A stretch of 63,379 bases of DNA, the filler included, from Dimargaris cristalligena (taxonomy: Eukaryota): the NCBI GenBank assembly GCA_003614675.1. It is 7 parts of 7 records of this genome, joined end to end, with 100 filler letters (N's around TTAATTAATTAA, not from the genome) between each part and the next. Parts side by side here need not be neighbours in the genome. Positions count along the whole stretch, not along the records: positions 1 to 9,005 come from ML003292.1; positions 9,106 to 18,079 come from ML003294.1; 5 more parts are not named here. One strand, written 5' to 3'. Shown one piece after another: positions 1 to 12,842 of the stretch (positions are counted from its first letter, which is position 1; each line of letters starts with the position of its first letter). The position numbers and the translations under genes are program-made. The notes under the pieces were generated by a model that saw only the letters and a list, made by a program, of their open reading frames with translations, did not search any database and was not told the DNA's origin.

Positions 1-2444
1 GACAGTCCGATGCGTGTGACTCAATAATTGACCGCTCAAATAATCGATTACAAAGAAGACATGTGATGCTGCTCAATTGGGCTGGGGCAGATTGGGAGGT
101 CCTTCGGGGCTCTGGGATTATATCATAGTTCACGCGCATGGAAGAGTTGCTGAACCTCCATCCAGAGGTGCTGTTACTTTAAGTCGGCTATCCTCTGGGT
201 AGTGAGATCCTTGTCATCGGCAATTTAGACCAATATGCATTGTTTCCTAAAGGATTCCCTATCTTATAAATAATCATAAGGTGCTAGTTAAAAAACGTAT
301 TACATAGATATATCCTTTAAAGAACCATGTAATGTATCGACCCTGCCTGTAGGCTATAGCGCCGGCTATATTTTTTACCGCTCTCGCTATTCAATCGAAG
401 AAGAAGCGCGCACTCTGTGTACGGGGGCAGGGCCGGTTTAACTGCCAGTTCCCCCTGAGTATGGGGCATTGCCACCGAGGTTGACATACTCCAACACTAA
501 AATTCTCTATACAGCCTGCACGACCCGAGCCTAACTATAGCGGCCCTCTGTTGTACGATACCCACCACCAATGGATACACAAGACATACTGGGTTCAGCT
601 AGCCCTTCCTAATCTAATTAACTTGCGTAAGGATAGCCTATACCAATGAAGCTCTGTGCACCTGTGCGTCTTCTTTGCGCTTTTTAGTTGAGGCTGGATG
701 AGATCCCAAAATCCTCCTCTAAAATCAATAATTAAAATAAAACGGGGGGGCCAATTAGCCAATGACACAAACTCGACCCCAAGCCGACTATGTCGCTCTC
801 CTAATCCCAGAATTGGGAGAGAATGGGTAGTGAGGATCGGCGAATGGGAGTGGGGGTACTGTCTCCAATCCCCAGAAATACGGGCCAATCCGCCCAACTT
901 GGACCACACTGCTCGGGTTTAGCCGTGCCGCGCGTGCCATTGCAACCCAATGAGGCTATACTATACATCGGACGAACATAGTTTCGAAAGACTGCACAAA
1001 TAGATAAGACGTATCAAACCAAGTGGTGGCAAATGTATAAAAATATATTCAAAAATCAAAGAACGCCCCCACGTAAAGCTGTCTGTGAACATGCGTATAC
1101 GTAAGCCAGCCATTTTGGAACTCAGCCCCAAATAGTAAAAGGCGCTTTAGTACCCATAGATATCATCCCCGACCATTATTCGGATATAGATAGATGAGCC
1201 ATTTCTTGAGATGTCCAGTGATGGATACAACGCTGGACTGGATCTTTAATGGGGCCACTAGGCTTTTTTTTTAGTGGGCACAATATCCGGGTTGGTATAC
1301 CCCAGTCTATAATCCTATTCTGAATCAGTGGACCCATTAATTTAACCCCTTACCATCTACAACAATAAAGCAAGTGGGAAATAAGACAAGATGTTCAATC
1401 ATTCCAGTTACATATTCTAAAAAAGTGTCTGTCCATAGAGTATCTGCAGAACACAATAAGAAAATACCATTTGTGAGGCCGTTTAGCTAGTGTAGGCGGG
1501 GACACCGCGTTAGTGTGATCCTGACGAAATGGCCTGCCGGCTAGACTCAAACTCGGCCGTGTTCACCCACTGGCTATATGACAATAGCCTGTTACACAAT
1601 TATAACCGCTGACGAACCACCTTGGTTTTAAATGAAGATTTTCCCTACTGAATCTAGCCACCATGAGTCCATACATTCAAATAGCAGGGAGGGCATGTAA
1701 GCATAGTTACAGTATGCCCTCTATTCCCTTATATGACAGGTCTGCAACAACGTTTACCCTATTGCCGCTTCCTGGCCCTTCCCTAAATATGGTCCGGACT
1801 TACGTATGCCTACAGTTGTTGAATATAGACTGTCCCCGTATCAACCACAGTACCATTTACCCACTCTTATATATATGGTATTAAAAGACGCTGAGTACAC
1901 TATCGCAAACTACATATATCCCTCGGTATCTTTTTTACCATCAATTAAACCACAAATGTCTCAGCTCCCACACCATTTTGGCCCCCAATTATATTATAGT
2001 CAACCTGTCCTATTCCTGGGGGCTGAAACAGACACACTGACGATAGTGTATGGTATAGTGCTCGCGGGCTTGATAGTATGGCATTCCTCCATAATGGTTT
2101 GGCGATGAGGTATAATAGAATAAGGATTTACTTTTAGGGAGGTGAATCATGGACAATAATGGATGATAATCAATAAATAAATGGTGGTGATTATAGTACA
2201 GGAATGTGTGATAAGGAGGGGTGAAATTCGAAGCTCTAAAACCAAGAAAAAAAATTGCACCCAGTGGGAGCATAGAGGTAGGGACAGTATCTGACATGGG
2301 CGTGAATATTGATGTTTCATCAGTTGGAAATGGCTCAAAAATGAGGGATAAATAAGCCATAAGGGAGATATAGACATATTATGTGGGTAAATCCGTATAC
2401 TAGGGATTAAATGGCGGTGGGGAATGAATGCGGGGGTGTGTTAA

Positions 2445-4600
2445 CTAATACATAAACAGACCGTCGTCGTCAGTGAGCGGGACCTTTTTGATAGATGACG
2501 ACGGACTGGGTGGTCGATCCGTGGGAGACGAGGTGGTTGCAATTGGGCCAGGATGGAGCTGGGAAGTCGCTGGTTCATTAACATCACCACCGCTCGTGTC
2601 ATCTTTGGCAATATTGATATCGGTCTGATCCACACCGGCCGTTTCAAGTGATGCGCAATAGGGGTCGCAATTAAACTTACACAAGGGACAGCGGGACGAA
2701 AACTGAACTAGCCATTTGTCGATACATTCCTGATGAAAGGTATGCTGACAGGGCAGCTGACGGGCAAGCTGCCCTTCGGTCAAAGGGTCTAAACAAATGT
2801 GGCAGTATTCCTTTTGATAGGCCCGGGAAAGGCGGGGGCCGACGGGACTGTGCTTAGCGGTCGCTTTCGATGGGGTCGACTCCAATGGAACGTCAGTTGC
2901 TGGCGGTGCCGACATCTGGCTCACTAGCTCTGATTTGGTAAACTGACCGGGGATGGAAATAATGTGGTGGTCAGAAGGTGATGCGGAGGAGGTGGATGTG
3001 GATAGAGCGAGTGGTGGATGGAGAAGAAGTGGCTCAGTCCCGCCCGTTGAAGAGAAGTTCCCACCATTGGCAAGTGATTTGGGCTTGGTGGAAAAAGCGG
3101 AGACCTCTAAAAAGGGGGAGGCGTGACCTGCCATCAACGTGGGGGGAGTCGGTGGGGCTTGGTCTCCCAAAACGGTGGTGGTGGATCGGGATAGCTCCTT
3201 AGGTTGGGCGTTTGGCCATTTGTGGCTGTGGCCGGCGGATGCTATTGCCGTTAAACTATATGGTGGACATTCGTCGGATGATTGTACAGACGTGGATGAC
3301 GAGCTGGCCTGCGCCCCCTCTTGTCCTACGCCTTGTTCTTGTATCCTGCCCTCGGTCGCCGAGTAGCTTGGCTCTTGGGTTCGCACCACGGGGAGGTGGC
3401 GTAATAAGGCGGGGTCCAGGGGATGGTCCAAAAGTGACTGTAAACTCGACCGGAATTGCTCTAACCCGTGGTTGCGCCGGTGGAGATGGGCTTCACGAGT
3501 CTGACGACGGTGCTTGATGTTGCGGTGGATATAGTAAACCAGTATCAGCAAAATTATGAAGGCGATGGAGCCGCCCACGGAAGCACCGATAATGACCCCT
3601 TTCGGAGGAGTGGCCTCCTGGACCTGGGCCGCGGCGTTAATTTCATCCACCTTGGCGGGGAAAGCGAGACGCACAAACACCCGGTCCGCCAAGTTTGGGT
3701 CGGACCACACTTCCGGGGTACTGCCAGCACCGTTAGTGCTGGCGCCACCGGAACTCGCGGCCAGCACCGAGTCTACTTTGAATACCTGGTTGGCGTTGTA
3801 GTGACGTAGCAAGTCCTCCATCTTCTTGCCATATTGGTAGGGAATATGGACACAAGGCACCCCCGACGTAGCTGTTAGGATATGGCACGAGCCGTCATCA
3901 TCCCCGCGATCGTAGGCTATGAGAAAACGAGTGTCGGACTGGTTAAAATTGACAAAAGCTGAGGGGTCGGAGCCCAGCACGGTCATGTCGTATAGGGCCA
4001 CATAACCAAACGGTGACCTAAGTTGGAGGCTGGGATCATTTTGGTAGTAGTATAAAAGACCCTATAATTCATCAGAGTTGGAACGGAGAGATAAGCAACA
4101 AGGGTGGTTGCAGGCCGACAGTATGAAGAAAAACAAGGAAACAGGGGTATGGGAGTTAGATTGATGCTACGAGTTGCCGGGGGGTGGAAGGGTAGTATAG
4201 AAGTACGCCGTGGAGTGCCAGGGGAGGGGAGGGGGGGCAATGCTTCCTCTCCCCCGTTTTAGAACGGATTTTCACCGACAGTAGAGCAGTTGGTTGTATT
4301 GATACAAGAAAGGGAGTGATATGTAGTCTTGAGACTAGGCCAACTTACGGCGAATTTCTCGGGACGGGGAACTACTGGCCTACTATTAAGCAGAGGGAAA
4401 GTACCGATTTGAAAGGTAGTGTCGTTATTGGTGATAGTGACCAGGTCACTCGTAAGCTCGATGATGTCAGCGGTTATAGCGACATCGTAACCCGAGGCAG
4501 TGGTGAGAGCTGAGGCAATGGCATAATAGCTCGGGATAATGACAGCTGCGACAAGTAGCGTGACATAGACGAAGGGGACCGCGAGCCGTTGGACAAACAT
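2445..4600 (-). CDS. Single-pass membrane RING-H2 E3 ubiquitin ligase (RNF13/RNF167-like topology); exons 4600-4349 and 4061-2445
   Basis: Hydrophobic N-terminus (MFVQRLAVPFVYVTLLVAAVII). GTAAGT donor at 4348 and TAG acceptor splice in frame into the 518-aa ORF. TM helix VIIGASVGGSIAFIILLILVYYI followed by basic residues. RING-H2 CHICLDPL...LPCQHTFHQECIDKWL...RCPLCK. Confidence 0.9.
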
Positions 4601-5789
4601 GGAAGCAGTCTATTTTTGAAGGTCGTGGTGGAAGGTACCACGAGTATAAGTAAGGGGTGTACTACGCACACGCACACACACACACACAGACAGACAGGAG
4701 CACAGGAAACACGGACTTCGCTAGAGAAGGGGTCAATGGTCAGGCACAAGGGAAAAGAAGAGAGCGAGAGTATGTAACACAGCCAAGTGGAAAAGGTGTG
4801 TAACAGGCAGTAGCAGTCTAAATAGAAAGAAGGGCAATAGTAAGTGCGGTAAAGTCAACGGATACGACTCCGCCGGGCATTAATAACCAAAGGGCAAAGA
4901 GATGTATGGGAGAGAAAAGAGGAGCAGTAGGAGAGAGAGAGGAAGAGGGGTTTATACGAAGAATGAAATGCCTCTCGGCTGATTATGAGAATATACGCGC
5001 ATATAGCATACACTGTGCAATTTGCCAGTATGGAAGAATAGTGGGGAAACGAGAGAGAGAGAGAGATGACGGTTGAATATAAAAGTACAGACAGTGTATG
5101 GGTAATAAATAGGATGGAATGGGAAGAAGGTGGAGGAGTTAAGTTGGCTCTTTGCGTATCTACTACATAGAGTAGTATAGTAGTAGTGGTGGTGTGTGTG
5201 TGTATGTGGGTGAGAGAAACCTGCGATAAAAAGGGAGAGAGAGGGCGAATCCTCTTTTCTCTCCTTTTTCCTCCTCCTTCCTCTGTTTGCCGCGTAAAAG
5301 CCGCCTGTCCAATCCACACGGTTAGCCTGGATTTACCGACTCGCTATTATTCGTGCCGGTCCATTCCATCCATACAGAACTACAATCACCCCAAGGGAAA
5401 GGGATCGCCCACAGATACATAAAATACCATTTATTATACCACCCGTAGTACAGATGCGATTGTAAATGCCAACATATATCCACCTACTCTCCCTTGAAGC
5501 CCGTTCCGCTATTTCCGATACAATCAATCTCCGCGGCCAAAAGATATTAAAATACTGGGCTGCGCTATTATTGTCTATCGGGCCGCCTACATGGCTCATC
5601 AGGAGGACCCACCGATTACCTCGATTCCCATACATTAATCTATAAACACCTCTCTCCCTCTATTTAGAAGACCGGGAAAATTAGGAAAGGAATATAAGAA
5701 AACCCTCAAAACACCGTCCCCCTCATCACCCACTCATTGATGCATTCATTCACTCACTCGGACTTGTCCCTTCCCAGTTCGCTGGTTAG

Positions 5790-7524
5790 TTACAGCTGGG
5801 AAGGGATCGGATAGCCGGTTCGGTATAGGCACTGTGCCTGAATGTCCGTTAGCGTGGCACACCCAGTGAGTCGCATAGCATCCTCCAATTCCGACTGAAG
5901 TTCGTGCAGGATGGCTTCCACCCCCTTCTGGCCATTAGCTGCCAGTCCCCACAATACGGGTCGGCCAATGAAGACCGCCCGGGCCCCCAGCGCCAGCGCC
6001 CGGAAGACGTCAGCCCCGCAGCGCACGCCACCATCGAAGTACACCTCCAATTGACCTTGGGCTCCTTTAACCACTTCCGCCAGGGCGTCGATGGAGGCCT
6101 GCACCCCGTCCAGTTGCCGCCCCCCGTGGTTCGACACGATTACTCCGGCGCAGCCGTGTTGGACGGCCAGGGCGGCATCCGCGCGGGTGAGGACCCCTTT
6201 GAGAATGATGGGCAGGCGGGTAACCGACCGGAGCCAGGGCAAACAGCTCTGCCATGTCAAGCTGGTGTCGGATCGATTGCCCAGGCTTTCGTTGGAAAGG
6301 TGATCAGCCAGTTGCGGTCCGTTGGCCTCCCGAGCGGCTCGTTCGCTGGCCGTGAGGATCTGGAAATCGTCCGGAAAATTGGCCAGGCGCCAGGGTGGGG
6401 GGAGTTTGAAATGGTTCCGGGCGTCGGCCAAGCGGCGGCCGACCATGGGGGTATCCACCGTGAGGACTAGGGCGCGGTAGCCGGCGACTTCGGCCCGGCG
6501 GATCAGCTCGGCCGATACGGGTCGGTTTTGGTACAGATAAAGTTGGAACCAATAGCTGGAGTGTGGGTTGCCCTGATCAATGACTTCTTCCAGGGCGGTG
6601 GTGGAATAAGTAGAGAGAACCATACAGCTATGGAATTGGGCCATGGCTACGGGAACATAAAGGGCGGGGCGATGGTACACGGGAGAGAATGTTCTTAGAA
6701 TACGGGGGTTAGGACGGGGTGGATCAATTGGGAAGAGTCAGCCGATATCTATTCGGGGCTTCATGAATGGAGCAGCATCGTATGCCCGTGGTCACTTAAT
6801 AAATCACGATTGGCTAGCGCATGAGGAGCACTGATATCTTTTAGCGAATCACCGATGCCACCCACAGGGCGAGTAATTTTGGGGATATAAGACGCAATGT
6901 GCTCCTCCTCCTCCTTCCCTACCTACCTCGCGAGGTCGCCAATTCACCGTCGGGGTGAGCCATGCGCTGCATAGCCGAGGGGGATATACAAAGCGGACTT
7001 TGGGCCCGGTACCCAAGCAGGTGGGTCTCAGTCGAAATGCGGGATATCCCCTTTAGAATACGGGGCCGAAGCAGGTATCTATATATATATAGTCAATGGT
7101 ATATCCCACATAAAGATCACACCGGGTTAGAGGGTTGAACTTTTAGTAGCAGGGAAAGCAGGAGGGGGGGGACTTTAGAATGTTGGTGGTACTGTTTATC
7201 GGCGACACTATTCTTGGTAGAGAATATACGGGGCTTTTTTATGGCGTTCGGTTGTTGGCCCTTGTCCTCTCTTCACCGGCCGCCGTTTGCTCTTTCTCGC
7301 CCACTTTTATCACCCACGCACCCAAACGCACTCACTTTGACTCATTGTACCGTAATATGTATCACAAGAGGCTATACACAATGGACCATAACTACTTACT
7401 TGCGAAAGGCCCGGAGGTTATCACGCAGGGACTCCATATCATTCGAGCCGGTGGCGTAATAGTCCCAAGCGGCGCGACTCAAGTGGCTCTGGGCCAGGCG
7501 CTCGTAGTCCCCGACGACGGGCAT
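5790..7524 (-). CDS. FMN-dependent alpha-hydroxy acid oxidase (glycolate oxidase/HAO family); exons 7524-7400, 7078-6927, 6646-5790
   Basis: Spliced translation gives DYERLAQ..AWDYYATGS, LRPRILKG, SPSAMQRMAHPDGELAT, WFQLY, LTVDTP, ILKGV, SNHGGRQLDG, DGGVR, IGRPVLWGL. Ends in PTS1-like SQL. Confidence 0.95.
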
Positions 7525-8547
7525 TCTCGAACAATAAAACCCGGATACAAAGAGACGGCGCTATACAGCCTGGTTGGGTCAATGGAATGTCAGGAAACAA
7601 CGCAAGGGTGAAATGGACAAGAGAGATGCGTAGGCTATTTTAGCAAGATACAGCTAATCAATAAGTTGTTCTGAACCAAGGGTTCCTACACTCCTGGAGA
7701 AACAACAAGTGTCTGTAGGGTGTAAGTTGTTGGTAGGAGGGTTTCACTCTATCGTTAATAGGGCTAGACGGGCTCTTTATTACCTTTTGGGAGCCTAGTA
7801 GCAGTAGACATGGGGTTCATTAAATAACATGCTGGTATTGTGGCCCATCTGTAGACTACACACGTATCCCAGACCCAGACCATAGTCAACTCTGTATTTT
7901 CTCCAGAAGCCCTCAATAAAAAAGGACCATGGTCATAAATAGCCAAGGAAAGCAAAGGAAGAGGGCACCAGTTCTCCAGCCATTATTATTCAATCATTGG
8001 GTTACAACAACCAACCCACATTAAATACCTAGTCCTTATACACAAACACACACTCAGGCCGGGTAAAGAAAAGAACCTGCCCACTGCTATTCTCCCCTTT
8101 TCCTTCCTCTCTTCCCTTCTATTCCGATCTACTCACTCTAGTTTTCCAGTACTTTGCTAAGGCTTCTATATCGACTCGACTCTAAACCACTTCTCCGCAC
8201 ATCTGCGGCTTTTCAATCTCTCTCTAAATTCCCGACCCCAACTCCTCTCTTTTCTGGGTAAGTCTCCTCCTTTAAGTCCCGGCCTCACCCTGCCTTGAGG
8301 TAAAGGCCGCTGCGGTCCTCGAAAGCATACTCTCTCACTTGCCCATTCCCAAAGCTATACGGTCATCTCAAGCAGAATCCTAAGGCCTGGGTCCCGAGCA
8401 AGCCTTACCCTTTTATTTCCTCCTTGACCGCCCCAACCCAGGACCTAATACCGCATAATCCCGGGACAATTCCTCCACCCATATTGACTTACCCTTTCCT
8501 ACATCTACTTGATCTCTCCATCTGCACAGACCGTCAAACTATTCACC

Positions 8548-9005
8548 ATGACCTCCAACACCATGAACTTCGGTCCCGAGTGGTAAGTGGCTACACTGCT
8601 AATACGGCGCGCTTCACCGTCTCTGACTGTAGCGCTAGTTAGGTAGCCGCCCATCATAATGGTTACTTACTTATTTACGACTCCCTCAATCCAACCCGGT
8701 TCTAGTATTGTGGATACTGGCACCGATGCTCAATATCTCTTTATGATCTCTCTAACCCGCCTCAATTATACTCTGTCCATGTTATTTATCCCTCTCTTCG
8801 GCCAGGATGCGACGGGTTCCAAAATCCTCGGCCTCAAATGGTTCCGACAGCCCGGCCGCCAATACGAGTCCCCCTGCTCGTTCCAACCAAGTGGGATCGG
8901 GCACCCCGTGGGCCGCCATCGCTGCTAGTACTTCGGCCAATCCCGCTGCTCGCACCGGCCCCGCCGCGACCGGCGGTCCCAGTCGCAACGTATCCGGCGG
9001 CTCGG
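8548..9005 (+). CDS. 5' fragment of GIGYF-like (GYF-family) protein, truncated by contig end; exons 8548-8582 and 8806 onward
   Basis: Spliced N-terminus MTSNTMNFGPEWMRR matches the conserved NFGPEW(L/M)R start of GIGYF1/2 proteins. Probable 5'UTR intron 8258-8529. The GYF domain itself is not in the window. Confidence 0.7.
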
Positions 9006-9105
9006 NNNNNNNNNNNNNNNNNNNNNNNNNNNNNNNNNNNNNNNNNNNNTTAATTAATTAANNNNNNNNNNNNNNNNNNNNNNNNNNNNNNNNNNNNNNN
9101 NNNNN
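9006..9105. other. Artificial contig linker
   Basis: 100-nt N run with central TTAATTAATTAA (stops in all six frames). Confidence 0.98.
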
Positions 9106-10051
9106 GGTGGGAATTAGTAAGAGATTTTAAAGTACTAGAAGGGTAGTTTAATTAAAAAAATCACAGTTTCTATACACTAGCTGCAAGATTATATATAAAA
9201 GAAAGTTTAAGTTTATTGTAATTTGATTCAGTATAGGAATAGTCCTTTAATAAGTAGTAGAAAGTAGCTTTAAAGTATTAAAAAATAGTAAAAAGTAGTT
9301 AAAGAAAGCTAATTTTTCACTAGTCCGGTTGCTAGACATCAATTTACATAGTACAGTTTTTTTTTAGCTTTCCCGAGTCATTATTCATAGATTTATTATA
9401 AGTCTTATGATTAATCATAGGGTTAGTAATCATTTTTCCATCATTTTAAAACAAAGTCACATTAATATGTCTATTTTCTGTTTTTTTTAAAAAATGTACT
9501 GCTACATCAATTGGAACTTTCATCTAAATCATTATATAGTTCCATTAAACCTTTCCCATATGGCACTATAAGGCCCAATATAGTTAGGCACTAAGCCAAC
9601 TGGATTTAGATGGATTAGATGGTCCAGCAATCCTCAAAATGTATTTTTTTTAGGTGAGTAGCTGCTGTTTTCTCCATCATAGGATTATATTACCATTTCT
9701 ATGTTTATGCATATTCAGATTCTAAATAAATGCCTGTTGTGTTGCAGGAGTAGATAAATAAGGATGGAATACACAGTTATAATAGATGATTTCATTGAAC
9801 AATCATTAAAGCAAAAAAATTGAAAGTGATTAATTGCAGTAATGACAATGGAAACTGGTACAGTAGTCATCAACAGGTTAATAGCAAGCTAAACATAGGA
9901 TTGGTGGTTGAACTATGGATGAAATGTGATATCAACTATGACAGGTTGAACACTATTCTACATGAAAGGCTTATATTAGTTAATTTAAGTTACAGTCTGA
10001 TGCCAGTGAGTAGAATTGGCTATTCTCCCGGGGCAGTAAGTAGGATGCATT

Positions 10052-10187
10052 TGGATGAAATTCAAACCAGCTGTATAAGGTTTTACATAATACATGTGTG
10101 GGTGAATATATGAGAATAGCTTTTAATCAGTAATATTGGCCTTATCTAATGGATTTTTTGTTATACAGCTTGAATGAACGTCTCCCA
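10052..10187 (+). mobile_element. MITE family A, copy 1 (degenerate left end)
   Basis: Aligns by eye to the other six copies; TIR cores AAATTCAAACCAGCTGTATAA and TTATACAGCTTGAATGAA. Confidence 0.75.
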
Positions 10188-10684
10188 TTTGTTTTGGACC
10201 AGTATATACTGTGAGCTTAGCATAGTATTGGTTTTTGGCTTGCACATAGGGCAACAGTGGCATATGAACAAAGTCTAGGCCTATTGTTATATTCTGAAAC
10301 ATCGCCTTTCTGGATTAGATTTTACTAAATAACACCTTCCGCGGATTCTTGGGGTATTGTGATAAGCTTTTAATTGCTATGCTAATAAATAGGTTGGATG
10401 ATAATAGTATCAACTTCTATTAACTGCGGCACTAGGCTGGTGATAATGTGTGTGTGAGAGAGGGTGTGGTGTGGGCACAGCCCTCTCCCCCTTCCATGAC
10501 TAGTGGGTCCCTCTCCCCTGTCGTTTAGTCTCTGACGCTCCACCCATCCGCCAGTGGATCTTGTTCAACCGTTAAAATAATTCCATTTCGGGGTTTTGGC
10601 ATTACTTCAATCTTCGACTCTTTCTTCACTTCCTAACCTCTCCACATACTTACCTCACCCCTGCCTTAACCAAATCTCTCCATC

Positions 10685-11442
10685 ATGTCCGACCAATCCC
10701 CCACCCCTGCTTCCGAAATCGAAAAGAAGCCCGAAATCAAACCCGAAACCACCGAACACATCAACATTAAGGTGGTCAGCTCCGTAAGTCCAGCTCTGCC
10801 ATGTTCTTTTTTTATTATTAAATGCTCGTTTTTTTGCCTAATGGGGCTTTTGGTTTACCACCAAGGCCTTCTCCCCAAAGGGAGCCTGGTTGTCCTTTCA
10901 TGGACGGAGGGACTCGCCGCCTGGGCCTACCGTCTAGTCCCCCCCCCCCTGGAAGATGGTTTCCTTCTGTTTTCCTAAGTTCTGGTATGCATTTTAGTGC
11001 TAATAACGACTTACCCGCTCCCCTTCCTTGATTCATTAACTGCCCAATGGTCTCGCTACTTAGGATGCGGCCGAGGTTCACTTCAAAATCAGACGGTCGA
11101 CTGTGCTTCGTAAGTTGATGGAGACTTACTGCGATCGGACAGGAAAGTCTATGAACTCCATCCGCTTCCTTTTCGAAGGTGAACGCGTCCTCCCCACCCA
11201 TACCCCACAGGAGGTAAGTACCGAGGTTGTGCACCCTTTGATAGCAGCTCCCCCACCTTTGACTTTCCTGCATACGGATTGGTTGGCGTAATATATATAA
11301 TTATGATTATTGTAATGCGTGGTGACCTAACCCTGGCTCCGAATCTGTGTTAATTGGTACCCTTATTATCGGTGCTTAGCTTGAAATGGACGATGGCGAT
11401 ACGATTGATGTGATGGTCCAGCAGGTCGGCGGTTCTCTGTAG
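10685..11442 (+). CDS. SMT3: SUMO; exons 10685-10783, 11064-11213, 11380-11442
   Basis: Spliced protein EHINIKVVSS-DAAEVHFKIRRST..KLMETYC..SIRFLFEGERV..HTPQE-LEMDDGDTIDVMVQQVGG-SL*. Di-glycine with a 2-aa extension; canonical introns. Confidence 0.97.
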
Positions 11443-12842
11443 AGCTTTTTCATCCCAATCAACATGATCTGGTGCCATTAGCGCTTCTCTTAGGACTGTT
11501 TGGCTATGGTAGCCTTAACTATTCCTACTGACACCTACTTATATAACATACCCAGGCTATCTGACCAGCCCGCTCCCCAATGTGACAGGAGGTTGCGCGA
11601 TTACTCAACCTGCTTATGGTTCTCCTTACCCTAATACCCAATGGGATGGTGCCATCCATCTTTGTTTATTTTTCAATAATGGAATGTGTTTTTTTTTTCG
11701 CAAATATATTTCGTCTGGATTGGGGATCTTTAAATACTTGCCTACTTGTTGTGGTTGACCGCTTCCGCGCCTGCTAGTCGGAGATTGGCAATAAAACTTA
11801 GAACGGCCCCAGTGGGTAAGCCCTTGCCATCATATCAGCTAAACATGGGAGTCTCGATTTGCCCCCCCCCCTCCGTAAATACCTTCAAAATATATTAGTA
11901 GTGGCTGGACAAGTCAGTGTGCAATAAATACCTACAGTCAAGGTACTATAAAGTTAGATTACACTTGGACAACCGCGGCAAAGTCGCGTCTTGGCTTGTA
12001 TTAATTGAGGACCTTCGGGCCCGGGCTAGCCTGATGTTGGTCAATAGACCTAGTAGGGGGGAGCCCTGATAGATTATGGATATCTTGACCAATTTACTAG
12101 GGAGAGGGGAGGGATCTAGTTCAACCATCTCGGGAGAGATGGTCGAAAATCATGTGACCATACAATGAAGTTTCTAGATTGCATTTGTAGTAATCGGCCC
12201 ATTATACGGCAAGGGGCCAATGATTGGGGAGGCCGTTGGCAACGAAAGCCAGGCCGTCAACCTGCTTTGATTTCGACAACGATAGGATTCACCCTTACTC
12301 CCTTTATCTGTACACTTACCTAGCCTAGCCGTGCTCCATGAGGGAATTTCCTATTCACCACTATATCCATTCTCTGGAGTCCCTACTGCCGCTTTGTCCG
12401 GTTAAGTGGCAGCGGGAGGCCTTCGTTGAATCAACAGTATAGACTACTGGGCCGAGTCTGAAAATTAGAATCGGCACCCAGCAAGAGTAAGGCAGTGTAG
12501 TTTTAATTAAAAATATATCATTATTAATATACGTAAGAAAAAAACCTTCCCACCCGGTGGCTTCCAGATTGTGGATCTTTGTCCCAAACTCCGCCGGTGT
12601 GTTGTATCCTGCCATATACTTGCAGGGGCCCTGAAACGGTGCCCACACTTATTAAGCGAGTCTGGCCGTGGAATCAACTGTTTATGGAGTGTACTTTGCT
12701 TTTGTATTGCTGGCCTCATTTCGCGACTCGTTTTCTTCTTTCCTAATTTCTAACCTCTCCTTTCCTCTATTCAAAGAGTCCCGTCGCTACTATCTCTTCT
12801 TCGTCTAGCCCGATTCGCATCCCGTCGCCTGCGGTCATAACC

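Noticed and set aside
9050-9061. TTAATTAATTAA repeated every ~9 kb as a biological periodic motif
   Set aside because: Always centred in identical N runs; it is an artificial six-frame-stop linker.
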